A stretch of DNA of 63,230 nucleotides, the filler included, from Octopus bimaculoides (Eukaryota), in NCBI RefSeq assembly GCF_001194135.2. It is 6 parts of 6 records of this genome, joined end to end, with 100 filler letters (N's around TTAATTAATTAA, not from the genome) between each part and the next. Parts side by side here need not be neighbours in the genome. Positions count along the whole stretch, not along the records: positions 20,520 to 36,216 come from NC_068983.1; positions 36,317 to 48,706 come from NC_069005.1; 4 more parts are not named here. One strand, written 5' to 3'. This document shows positions 34,577-46,678 of this stretch, piece by piece. The position numbers and the translations under genes are program-made. Below the pieces are notes generated by a model. That model was not told the DNA's origin. It did not search any database and worked only from the letters and a program-made list of their open reading frames with translations. How positions within the stretch are numbered: the stretch's first letter is position 1; each line of letters starts with the position of its first letter.

Positions 34577-36181
34577 TATTTATTTATCTTATATATTTTT
34601 TTACCGACCAAAACTTCAACGTTTATGTTTCAAAGATCGAAAATCCATCAATACACAGAAATTAACGAAATCCAGAGAGCTTATCAATCAATATTTATCG
34701 AAACAAACATAATGTATGTAAGTGGAGTAGTTCTGCTTGCATAGCGCTTTATCCCATATACTTTGATATTCTTTTACTCATTTTCTCTATGATATTTACA
34801 TATATTTTCTTCTTAAAGTTACCATTATTAATATTAGGCGATATAGATATTATTTACATATTTTCTACATGCAATCCATTTGCCGTATCGCTTAGATAGT
34901 AAATAAGAATTTATTTAAGAATGTCTCGATCAACATTAATATTTAACAAACATCGCGGCGAAAATTCTAAAAAATGATTTGTCTCGTAAAATATTTAACT
35001 GTCAGGAATATATCATGTTCCATGAATAATGTAGGTAAATATTATCTGTGTGGCAGATGCGAAAACCAGAACAGAAATGAATACATGAAAGTTAGGTGTG
35101 GCGGATACAATCCAGAAATTGTGTACAAGACTACGTGTCTACATTTTCTCGGTCATTAACATATTATTAATGCTTCTTTTTTTCGCCATACTCACAATAA
35201 ACTTGGAAAAAGATTTCAAAAAACAAACTTTAAATATTACAAGCTCTACCCCTCTCTCCCCCCTCTCTCCTCGCGCGCTCTCTCTCCCTTCTCCGTCTCC
35301 ATGTATGCATTTGCGAGCGCGTGACAAGTACATTTGTATGTACATATGTACGTGTATTAGTATGTGAGCTATTCGAATATATAAAAAAAGAGCGATATGA
35401 GTTTATTGCAATTGGAAGCTACATATGTATGCTTACATAAATACATACATACAGAGACACGCATACATACATACATACATACATACATATACACACATAC
35501 ATAAGTATATATGTGCATGCACACTTACGTAACTGCATCAATCTGATTGCAAACTAAAACCATTTACACACACACACGGACAGACAACATCCCATATCTA
35601 CACAGAAATGCGCGCGCGCACACAAACACACATATATAGGCACACACCCGTACCCCTCCGCCAACGTACACACATAACTAGTCATCAATTCGTTTCTATT
35701 TAAACAACAGTCACACATTGATATGATGGTTTCTCTTAAAATATATTCAACTCTACTCCTCTTATTTCATACGTGTCGTACCATACAGAGGTTCAGTCAA
35801 ATAATTGGTAATATATACCAAGGAAAACCAGTGATAACCGACTATGAAAGACATGAAAGTACTGCCGACTAGATAAGAAGCTGATAAATTGGTTAAAAGT
35901 GGGTATTTAAGCTCTCTAAGAAACAGACAGCCATTCCCACTTTTGTATTCTTCAGAAATGTGCCGACAATCTAAGGAGAAAGAGGTATATATCTTTAAAA
36001 AAAAAAAGTGACGGGGTTTCAACGCAGGTCAAAGGAGAAGGTTTTTTTTTAACTTGCAAGTTTGGCTTCAACGCAATATATTTTCATGAAACAGCAATGA
36101 AAAATAGATGATATATGCATTTAGAAATGTCACATAGGCACATAGTCATATGTATATACGAGTATGTATGTATGTGTATAC

Positions 36182-36216
<35 letters not shown>

Positions 36217-37879
36217 NNNNNNNNNNNNNNNNNNNNNNNNNNNNNNNNNNNNNNNNNNNNTTAATTAATTAANNNNNNNNNNNNNNNNNNNNNNNNNNNN
36301 NNNNNNNNNNNNNNNNACCACACAGACACGCATTCACCTATGTGTCGAAAATTTTAACAAAATAATTATTAATTTTTCAGTAAGTTATGAGGAAACAAAA
36401 TCGGTGGGGTAACACACACATCCACACCTGTTAATCTGGAAATAATACTGAAAAACATTTTTGGCAGGACTTTCGGAAAAGCTCTCCCACATAAATCGGA
36501 GGAATTTCTCCCTTTAAATTCGAGAATTTTTCCTTTACTTTCTTTTTTGCACCCTAAACTTCAAAACAATGAGTGAAGCTCTTTTTTTTTTTTAATGATT
36601 TTAACCTATTTTTCGAATGTCTCGCGGCTTCGCGTCCTCACCCCCATTGTGTCTTCTGAACAGCAACCACCACTAAACCTTCCCCCACTTGCCTTTTCGT
36701 CAATTTATTGTATTCCACAGTCTGACTTCCCACTTCATCATATCTTCCGCGATTAAATCGTCTTGTTTCTTTCATACTTTTGCCATTCTGTAAAATCTTT
36801 TTTTCCTATACGACACAAATTGAAGTAACCATATTTACCAGGTTTTAATTAATTGTTTTCGCCCCCAAATTACCTTTTCATTCTGCACAACTTTTTCCAG
36901 TCTGTGAAAACTTCTATACGACATAATAATTGAGGAAAACATGAATTTAAGACTTACCTGATTTTACTAATGGCTGCTTTGATGGTGAACTTGATCGACT
37001 TTTTTTCATATAGATATTTCGATTCCTAGACAAATAATGGTCCTCTCACCTACCTATCCACCTACACATTAAGGTAAGAAATAAAAATTGGCATGATTCC
37101 TATCACATTTAGCACTTTTTCATTTCCCACTCGAAACAAAATTGTGGATGAGCTATTCTTCACTTCAAGACACCAAGATACTAGAGATCAGCTGCTGTCC
37201 AATTGGATCAGGGTTTCATAATTCTCGACAAGAGCCCCTCAACCCATCCACAAGGGCTTTCAATGGCGGGAAACACGTTCTCTTAAAGAGTGCCATGACA
37301 AAATATTTCAAACACTTGCAGGTAGACGTGTGAAAAACAAATTAGAAATATGTTTTTATAATACGATAGTTTCAGTCGAATAATATATAGAAAACAAGGG
37401 ACTTCTTCAGAATTCTCCACTCCCTATAACTTTTGAACTAGTAATTAAAAAAAAAATTCAGATTGATATGTTTTCGATATCGGAGATTATGATTTAGCAA
37501 AAAAAAAAAAAATTCCAATTTACAACCCCCACCAATTTATTTGCTTTGTTTACAGTTGACAAGACGTGCTGTCACGCACAAAATGACAGCTTCCAAATCT
37601 TGTTTCCTGATTGGGTGAAAATTATCAAACTTTAATCCTCTATAACTTTTTAAAAACATATTTCTGGAAAAAGTGAAACAAGCTTGGAACTCAAATTTTA
37701 AGATTTTTGATAAACTTTGATTTCTGAAATGCTGGTAGCTAAACCAACTAGATCTTTTATAGAACCGTTAGAAGTTAGTGTCGAACATACAGCGAAGCTG
37801 ATTAAAAAGATATATAAGCCTTCATTATTTATGAACATTATTGATATCAACAGCTGTAATATCCGTCAATTGCTTGACT

Positions 37880-38640
37880 CAACAGTAACAGTTGAATTGA
37901 CAATTACGTTTTGTCAAGATATTGGACTGTTACATCGTGTGAGAGTTTGTTGCACGTGTAACCGAAATATGGAAGTGACAAAGGGTAGTAAAACAAAGTA
38001 AAGTTTGAGATGGAGATGTGGAAGACCGTGTAGAAAAGAGAAAGGTTTGAGACGCGACACATTCTTTGCCAATAGCGGGAGCTGGAATGGAAATAGTGAG
38101 GCTATTTGTAATTGGAAGAATTTCCTCCGTGACATATGCGCAGAAAAATTATTAATGGATCCAATATTACTTGGTGGTTCCGGGACAAGAGGTTCAGATT
38201 GACGAGTCTTTATTTACACGGAGAAAGGGGCATGTTGGCAGATTGACACCACGACAGTGGGTTTTTAGTGGCATTGATACAGTGTTTCCTTGAGGCAGTG
38301 GCAAAAAGGGATGTCAAAACTCTTTTACCTGTGTTGGACAAGTACGGGAGACCAGGAACCACTGTGGTGTCAGATCTGTGGCGAGCATACAGCACCATTG
38401 GTAACAGAGGATTCCAACATCTGACTGAATCATCAAATGAATTTCGTTGATCCTATGGCAGGAGCCCACACTAATACAGCCGAAAATCTATGGATGGGGG
38501 AAGAGCAGAGGTACAAGGAGAGTGGAACTGCACGTTCACTCATTGACATTTATTTTAGTCGAGTTTATGTGGAGACAAAAATATGCTAATGGTAGTGTTT
38601 TGGCGATCTTTCGTTTTGAGTACATTTTACGTCATTTCTA
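37880..38640 (+). mobile_element. Merlin (IS1016/ISXO2-like) transposase relic
   Basis: N-terminal zinc ribbon (CCTC...RWRCGRPC) followed by QIDESLF, QWVFSGID, TTVVSDLWRAY and NFVDP.AGAHTNTAENLW, across several frameshifts. Confidence 0.9.
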
Positions 38641-38772
38641 ATCCACGTGCGTTTGTTTATGTTTCTGAACAAGATCGTCGCTTTCCTTAAAAGTGTTTTA
38701 GAGTTAGGGAATTCCGTCCCTAACCCTAACCTTTTTACGGAAACATAAACAAACGCACGTGGATTAGAAATG
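38633..38772. repeat. small foldback with perfect 33-bp arms and telomere-like core
   Basis: 38633-38665 is the exact reverse complement of 38740-38772. The spacer contains gttaggg...ccctaaccctaacc. Confidence 0.9.
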
Positions 38773-38825
38773 TGGGTATTATAATTTTGAAAAAATGTGT
38801 TTCAGAATGAGGAATATAATAAAAT

Positions 38826-39590
38826 GAAGATTTTTATGGTTTGACGACCAACATTTTTTTATGTAGTGTTTTTGGTACCGAAACACTTTCAAACTTCGAA
38901 TACTTGTATATTTTGTGTTATAGAACAGATAAAAAATTTTGTATTCGAAGTTATTTCATGTAAAGAAATTGTCGTATTTCGGTAATTTCAACCAATCACT
39001 GACGTCTATTGAGTTGAAAACAATTGCGCCGTGGAATGTAAACAACGGTGTCAGGGGATCTTTTCCCTTGAATAAAATTAGTGCCGTTGTTTGTCAACAA
39101 AAACTATCCGTTGTCAACAACAACTATCAGTGGTATATATTTCGTTTGTTACTGTTATTTATGACATCGTTCGTGCGTTTGTACTGGTTTTAACTTTAGG
39201 GTTTTAGGGTTAGGGTTCGGGTTTTAGAGTTAGGGTTAGTTTTAGGATTACGGTTAGGGTTATGATTATTTTTGCCATAACCTTAACTCTAACCCTATAA
39301 CCCTAACCCGAACCCTAACACCTTACTAGGGAATAATGATATAATTAAACAGGGAATAACACACTTGACACCGAACAGCACTAACTGTATTCAGCTGAAT
39401 AGACGTCAGTGATTGGTTGAAATTACAGAAATACGACAACTTTAACATGAAATAACTTATTAAGAAGTAATTTTTGTTAAGAAGGCTAAGAGAAAAAGAT
39501 GTTTTATATGACACATTCTACCAGTATCCCAAGTTTGAAAGTGTTTCGTTAAGAAAACAAGTGTTGGCCGTCAAACCATAAAGATCCTAA
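38826..39590. repeat. large foldback element with inverted (TTAGGG)n/(CCCTAA)n core
   Basis: Imperfect ~200-bp arms (38826-39030, 39385-39590). A degenerate TTAGGG array (39196-39264) faces a CCCTAA array (39276-39322). Confidence 0.85.
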
Positions 39591-39639
39591 AATGAAAAGC
39601 AAGTAATAAAATAAAAAGAAAAGTATCAGAATTGGTTCT

Positions 39640-40149
39640 GAAAAAAATTTTAACGGAGGTGGGGAGAGGAGTTTCGGAAAATTCACACAAGTCGACTGTG
39701 TTTCCTCGTAGCTTGCAGGAAAATGAGTATTTTTAAATTAAATTTCCTACAAATACCTTTCAAAGTGTGTAAATACGATTATATCGGAATTTGATGTGAA
39801 TAGACGAGTCTGTATTTACACGGAGAAAGGGGCATGTTGGCAGATTGACACCACTAATACAGCCAAAAATCTGTGGATGAGAGCAAAACGGAGTAACAAG
39901 GAGAGCACACATACATACTGATTCAATTTCTTTTTGAAATTTCAAGTTTCTTTCTGTGGATACATGCGATGTGTGCGATCCCACCATTTTTCACATTAAA
40001 TTCCGATATAATCGTAATTTACACATTCTGAAAAGTATTTCTGAAAATTTCATTTTAAAAAATCAGTTTTTCTGAAAGTTATGAAGAAACAAAGCTGATT
40101 CGAGTGAATTTTCTTAAATTCTTCTATCCACCCACGGAAATATTTTTTC
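39640..40149 (+). mobile_element. non-autonomous Merlin deletion derivative with ~150-bp TIRs
   Basis: 39803-39902 matches two separated pieces of the adjacent transposase (38201-38252 and 38472-38520). Inverted arms lie at 39640-39792 and 39998-40149, with an extra right-arm unit at 40155-40265. Confidence 0.75.
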
Positions 40150-43100
40150 GCAACAAATTCTGATATAATCAAAATTTATACCATCTAAAGCGTATTTATA
40201 GGCATTTTCATTTTAAAATAGTCGTTTTTCCGAAAGTTGTGAGGAAATAAAGTCGATGGGGACACGTAGGTATGCCACTTACAAATAGCTGAGGGATAGG
40301 ACAGACGAGTTATATGAGTACTGGTATAACATGGGTTTTCCGGAACATTTCATCCCAAAGTCATTCCAGATTACTGATTTTTCTGAACTAAGGTGGTCAC
40401 ACTCTTAATTAAACAAATATTAAATTTATTTAAGTAATTAAATGAAATACAGTTATCTTATACATTAGTATAAATGATACAAGTTTTATAATACTGTATT
40501 GTGTAAACTAGTCTGGTAGCCTCAGGAATTTGAAGTTCCTGCTCGTAAATTAGTGCAGATTATAAAGGGGTTCAGAATCATCTGCGTCTGGAAACTTGGT
40601 GTTGAATCTGTAATAAATGAAGTGGAGACAAATTGAAAATTGGGTGCAATTCTGGTTTAAGCATCTCATAACCCCCCATAACTTTTTTTTTTATTCTTTG
40701 GAATTTTCAGAAAATTTTTGCGAATTTGTGTTCTACACACGGGAATTTATACGATTATGAAAGAAAAAAAAATTTTTCTCAAATGTTTTAAAACCCTCCC
40801 ATAAATCCTAAAAGTTCCACTCTTTATCAATTTAAAAAAAAATCAAAGTTCAAAATAAAGGCAGTCGAAATTTTTTGCTTAAATTCCAGCAATTGATCAC
40901 CCTTGGGTGCATCAGAAAAATATTGAAAAACATAGATACATGTCAGAGTGGCAAAGAAACGAGGAGGGTATCAGGTGGTCGTGGGATGTGCTAAAAACAA
41001 CAGCTAAATCACCCTTAAATCACTTGCACAAAAAACAAGTTTTTGCATAATCCTATGAATTCCCATGTGTAAAACATGAATTTGCAAAAAATTTCTGAAC
41101 GTTCCAAAAAATTAAAAGAAGTTGTGAGGGCTTATATGGGGAACTTGAACCAGAATTCCACCGAAAATCGATACGAAAGAAATAATAAATGCACAAAAGA
41201 TTACACAGAATGAATAAAATATGTAGATAATTTTCAAAACGTACTAATTCTAGCAAGATTCAGTTTAATAATAAAAAGGTTTTGCCAGCGAAAAATATGA
41301 ACAGAAATAATGTTTACTGTACCGTTATCTTTAGATGAAGTTAACACATTAAAAGTAGATGGGATCGATAAAGTGTATCAATTTAATGTTGTGTCTTATG
41401 GTTCATTTATTAATCCCTACAATAAAGACAGTATAAATCTGTCTCGACCATATTTGAACTCAGGAATTTGAAACACTGAATTAATTTCCCCTTCATTAGA
41501 CACCAGACTCACAATATTTATAGCTGTCAGAAGTACCAGGAAAGCAAATTGATTTCAGCTTGAAATTGAAACCGTGTAGCAGACACGACTCACCCGGAAG
41601 CTTATTGTTTCTCCTATAAATCATTATTGATAGGGGGTAGGGCAAAATGGTTAACTTCTGATTTTAAAAAATTTTTCTTATCATTTTTCAATTTGAGACT
41701 ATTACAAGTATTGCATCATTTTGGGAGAAAAAGTTGTTCAGCATAGTTGTTGAAATTGAGAGAGTTTGAAATATAGTCAGATAACGTATTTTTTTTTCAA
41801 GACATTTTTCTTCAACTTTGACCTGATTGTAATTGAGGTAGGTTACTAATAAAATATCTGATAATTTTTGGTGTTTAATAAGCAATATTCTTTTCTCTGC
41901 TGAATTTCAAGTCTTTTTTCCCCACACTAATATCTAATTTGATGACTTTCAAGTTTAAGAAAAATTATGTCTAAAATGGGACAAAACGAGTAATGACTAA
42001 CTTCAATGTCTGTATGGTATCTAAATATATTGAGAAGAGAGCCACTCCAACAGATCATGAAGAAACTATAAAGAGTATTTCATGTCTAGTTTTTAGATTT
42101 AGTCAAGTTTCATTAATTTAATATCATGTGCCATTATTCTATGATCCTCTATCATTTGCTCTAGTATTTAAAATTTTTATTGCATTGTCTAAAGATGGAT
42201 ATTGATGTGTATGAGTCTTTTATCAAATGTAATTCTTGAGAATTGAAGAGGCAAATTCACCTTATTTTGTCTTACTCATTTTGCCCCAGCTAAATTTGTC
42301 GTTTTTATGCTTAAAGAGAATGGAGATAATTTTCTGAAATAGTGTTCTGAATATGTTATAGTGTTTTTAATGCATTTAGAGAAGGTCATTTGTTTAGCTG
42401 ATATAATTTTTCTAGGGTAGTGAAGATTTGTAAAAAAAAAAAATTACTCAGTGTCCCTCTCCTCAATTAAATTCAATAGTTATACATACAGTATGCACCC
42501 CTTTTGGCCCTTTTTATTTTGTTGTTACTTTCTTTTGTAAGAGATAGCTATAATATACTTACTGATATAGCACCATATACTTACTGATAGTTTTTAAACA
42601 TTGAATGGCTATGGAGGTCCACCAGAATAAAATAGTAATTAAGGGGGTCCATAGATAAAAAATGGTTGAGAACCCCTCGTCTAACCTATGGATAACAGAT
42701 GCTAAATGTTAATGACGATGATGCATTTAAGCTTTCAGTCCATAGTTTTTAGTCCTTATGTATTGTGGGGTACAAGGTAACTTCTTTAGTGTTGATGCCT
42801 TGATAGAGTGTACCCAGTACACTTTGTAAAGTGGGTGGCAAATAAGCCAAGACAATGTAGGGTAAGTGGCTAAGCACTTCACAGACATGTGTACCCTTAA
42901 TGTAGTTCTCAGGGAGATTCAGCATGACACAGAGTGTGACAAGGCTGGCCCTTTGAATTACAGGTACAACTCATTTTTGCCAACTGAGTGCACTGGAGCA
43001 ATCTGAAATGAAATGTCTTGCTCAAGAACCTAATACGCTGCCAGGAATCACTCACAACCTTACGGTCATAAGCTGGATACCCTAACCACTAAGGAACTCA

Positions 43101-43481
43101 ACTTCATTTTTAGTCATGGTAAGGACATGATAACCTCTTTAGTGCTTGTGCCACAATAAAATACACCAAGTACAATCTGTAAAGTAGGTGGTCAAAGGAA
43201 GGGTATTCAGCCATAGAAACCTTACCAAAATAAAATGCATGGGTGAGACCTGGCCCCTGAGTATGCCAGCAAGGCAGTAACTTAAAATAGGAAGTGATTT
43301 GGAACCTGGTAACTCATCCAACCCATGACAACATGGAAAGTGGATGTAAAATATTGATGATGATGCTATTGATGTTCATTGATAGCTTTGAATTAGTAAA
43401 ACTAAAGATTTTAGTTGTTTTTTTCTCAGCACAGATAAACTGTCACAGGTTCTTATGAGTTTGAAATTTAGAAATGGTATT

Positions 43482-43712
43482 TACATGCCTCTCCAACACA
43501 AAAAGGTATGGTTTGAGGGAGATTTGGCTGCTATTTCTACCAGGTTCGCTGACCACAACGAACAAGAAGAAAAGGATCTTTTTAATACCCTTTCTAAATT
43601 TTAAATACATTAAAAAGGTCCTTCCTCCTGCTTCTTTGTGGTTACTCAGCCTGCTAGAAATACCAGCCAAATCTCCCTCAAACCACACCCTTTTGTCTTG
43701 GAGAGGCATGTA
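43482..43712. mobile_element. palindromic (foldback) element, ~105-bp arms, 22-nt loop
   Basis: 43482-43586 pairs with 43609-43712 at roughly 80-85% by eye. Single arms of the same family (gggagatttggctg..tttctag) recur at ~2200, 22620, 25290, 40990, 45740 and 48465. Confidence 0.8.
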
Positions 43713-43960
43713 TGGACAGATTGTATAACAAAGTCCTCCAAACACTTAAAAACGGTGGTTATAGTTGGAATACATTTGGTCATGGTTCTTTTCAACTACA
43801 GTTGACCTGGAACTAAAAAAAAAAAGAAAACTTATGTTAGGTCGAGCTGACTGCATGAGACTCAAGAATTAACAATGTATAATTAAGTATTTAATTCAGA
43901 ATATCTTATGAAATTATTTAATTTCCAATTTTCTTTTGTCCCTCACAATGTTGTTTTTAG

Positions 43961-44145
43961 CCCAGCTTGTAAAGATGAAATGGCACGATTTAAAATCAAA
44001 CTATATGAGAGAGAAAAGGAAAAGCAGAGAGAGCATCCGCAGTGAAACTAGTGAAAAGTTTACTCCCAGTTGGTGGTTGTTTGGTCTTATGGATAGCTTT
44101 CTGGGCCCTATCTATGAGGAAAAGAGGAACAGTATGATTAACAAT
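43961..44145 (+). CDS. MADF (Myb/SANT-like) domain C-terminal half; penultimate exon of a MADF-BESS protein
   Basis: Acceptor ttgtttttAG and donor AAT/GTAAGT. Encodes QLVKMKWHDLKSNYMREKRK...PSWWLFGLMDSFL, matching the MADF pattern KxKWxxLRxxY...W.YF..M.FL. Confidence 0.8.
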
Positions 44146-44438
44146 GTAAGTTAGACCTAAATTTCTTCCATTCTGAGTGTTGTGAGTATGTTACCTGAAT
44201 GAAGACTTGTGCTGATAAACTGGGTATTTAAGTATAGCGGTGCAGGCATGGCTTTGTGGTAAGAAGGCTGCTTCCCAACCACATAGTTTTTGGTTCAGTT
44301 CCACTGCGTGGCACCAGGGGCAAGTGTCCTCTACTATAGCTCCAGACTGACTAATGCTTTGTGAGTGGATTTGATAAATGGAAACTAAAAGAAGACTATC
44401 ATGTATGTGTGGATACATGCACGCACACACATACACAC

Positions 44439-44656
44439 ACGAGAGTGTGCTGAAACGTTCCTGGCTTTGGGTAAAAGAAAATGCAGGAGGATCAGTTAGT
44501 TATGATTTTATTCAACATATTCCCCCTCTCAGATTCACACACTTATTGCAGTAATCATTCAGTTTTTCTAGGCCCTGTAAAACAACTCGAAAGTTTGGGC
44601 CTCCAACATGGCCTTTTGTGATTCCCTTAAAACCAAGAAATTTTCAGTACCCTCTT
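44439..44656. mobile_element. mariner-type MITE, copy 2
   Basis: Colinear with 445-658 and has the same TIRs. Confidence 0.7.
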
Positions 44657-46192
44657 GTGTATATGTCTGTATTTGCATGTGTGTATGTGTTACTGTCTCC
44701 TTGCTTTGACATTGTGTGATAGTTGTAGAGTCCTTAATTTCCAATCTTCTGATCATGGGGGGAACATTACCTTACTTGGAAACTGAAACCAGCCTTGTTT
44801 ATCTTGTGTTATTAAGGATCTGTAGGACTACATTAACATAGAACAAAGAATAAAATGTCAACATGTCAAAGAAGAGAGTTCTATTTTATAGCAGAGCCAT
44901 CTAAGAAATGGTCTTATTCAGTGTGGAGGCAGGAACTCAATTCTGCATATTCAGTGATGCACAAATGGTGTGGTGGAATCTCAGGAAGATTGACTGAATC
45001 AAGACTTCAGATATGATAGATGCACTGTACCCTCTTCTTATTTAAGATGACCAGGTGCTATTTGAGGGAGATTTTTTTGTTGCTATGTAAACAGGTTGAG
45101 CAGACTATATTCCTTCATTGGCTCTGTACATTTGTAGATTCTGGTAGTGGTAACTATGGAAATGTGCAAGATGGACTCAGTCAGAATATGGCAGTTATTG
45201 CTTATATGCACTTATTGTTGACTGTCTGCATCCCAGTTTGGAGGCGAAGGTTAAAATAGCCAAAACAACAATGTCTAATAGACAGCTGCTGCTGGACTAT
45301 CAGGGTTAATAATCTATATCTAATCACAAGTTCAACACAATATCCATAGCTAAGACACTTAAATTGTAAATGGGCTTTATAGGATAAGTTCACTTGATCA
45401 CTTTAAGAAGCAAATCACTATAATTAAGGATTAGTTTTTTTAGCTTACAGAGCTGAGTTAACATGCTGCTATGGACCTGGAGAATAGGCCAGGAAATCTA
45501 CACCAGTGCATTTGTCTCTGAAAATTTGATTAATGTACACAAGCTTTATGGATCTTCTAAAACTTGATGATTGGTGTTGTAGCTCCAAGATAGCTTTCAT
45601 GCGATCCCTTGATCCTTCTAGGTCTGCAGTAATTCAAACAAGAACTGATCTGGACCATGTTGATCTGTCCAGTCCATACCAGCATGGAAAGCAGCTGTGA
45701 ATGTTGTGATTGTTGATGATGAAAATGATAGGAAGTAATTAGAGGGAGATTTGCTGTTTTTCACAGATTGAGTAAGCACAAAGAGACTCTCATTAGTTCA
45801 GGTTCATGACCCATAGTTGTAGTTAGTGGAGGCACATGGCTTAGTGATTTGGGTGTTGGACTCTTGATCATAAAATTGTGGTTTCAATTCCTAGACTGGG
45901 TGACGCATTGTGTTCTTGAGCAAAACACTTCATTTGTTGTTGCTCAGCTAGCAAAAATGAGTAATTCTGCGATGGACCACTGTCCTGTCCAGGTGGGGAA
46001 CTTATATGCCATGGAAACCAAGAAACCAGCCCTTGTGAGTCAGTATGACTTGAGAAGATAAAAAGAAGAATTTGTAGTTAGTGACACAGCTGTATTTGTG
46101 ACATTCACTTAACTGTAATGAAATATTAATAAAAGCCTTTGTAATGTATTTAGATCATCAAGTTGTTAACACTTTGTTCTCTCTCCTCCTAG

Positions 46193-46678
46193 AATACCAT
46201 CCAACAAGTATCAAACCAAAATATCATGGAGGAAAATGAATACAACTGGTCTCAAGAAGAAGACACAAAAAACTTCATAATAAATCTAAATGCTGACAAA
46301 CTTTCCTACAACACTGGCAACGCCGATTGCCTTGCACAAGACACTCACACCATGTTTACAGTAGAGCAGAATGCTCAAACAGCTGCAACAACTAGTCACA
46401 AGTCATCATTGCCCATCCGGCGTAACAAGTTAAAAAACCTCCATCGTATGGAACACAACAGCTTAGAGACAATTACAAACAACAACAGATTGCTTCAAGA
46501 ATTGCAAGGATCACTCACACCAGCTATTGAAGAGGACCCTGATGATATCTTTGCAAAGCTAATAGGCTTTGAGCTTAAAAAAATCAGAAGTGATATTCTG
46601 AAGTCTGAACTTAAACTGGAAATTATGAGTATATGTCATAAATTTCATATAAAACAAAGAGAGGAAGCTGCTCACTGA
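46193..46678 (+). CDS. terminal exon of the MADF protein with C-terminal BESS-like motif
   Basis: Acceptor ttctctctcctcctAG. Phase-0 junction in frame with the 43961-44145 exon (NSMINN/NTIQQ). Ends EEDPDDIFAKLIGFELKKIRSDILKSELKLEIMSICHKF...*. Confidence 0.8.
   Translation, partial: NTIQQVSNQNIMEENEYNWSQEEDTKNFIINLNADKLSYNTGNADCLAQDTHTMFTVEQNAQTAATTSHKSSLPIRRNKLKNLHRMEHNSLETITNNNRLLQELQGSLTPAIEEDPDDIFAKLIGFELKKIRSDILKSELKLEIMSICHKFHIKQREEAAH

Noticed and set aside
39196-39322. Chromosome end-to-end fusion site
   Set aside because: The arrays are short and degenerate and form the centre of a larger symmetric foldback, so a repeat-element origin is more parsimonious. Kept as a transposon finding instead.
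41633-42290. Possible pogo-like MITE (gggcaaaatg / cattttgccc inverted pair)
   Set aside because: Only ~10-11 bp match, with no clear TSD or second copy.
45130-45300. Kinase Gly-loop-like GSGNYGNV followed by VKIAK
   Set aside because: No HRD, DFG or APE motifs were found downstream in any frame, and stops are frequent. Probably chance.
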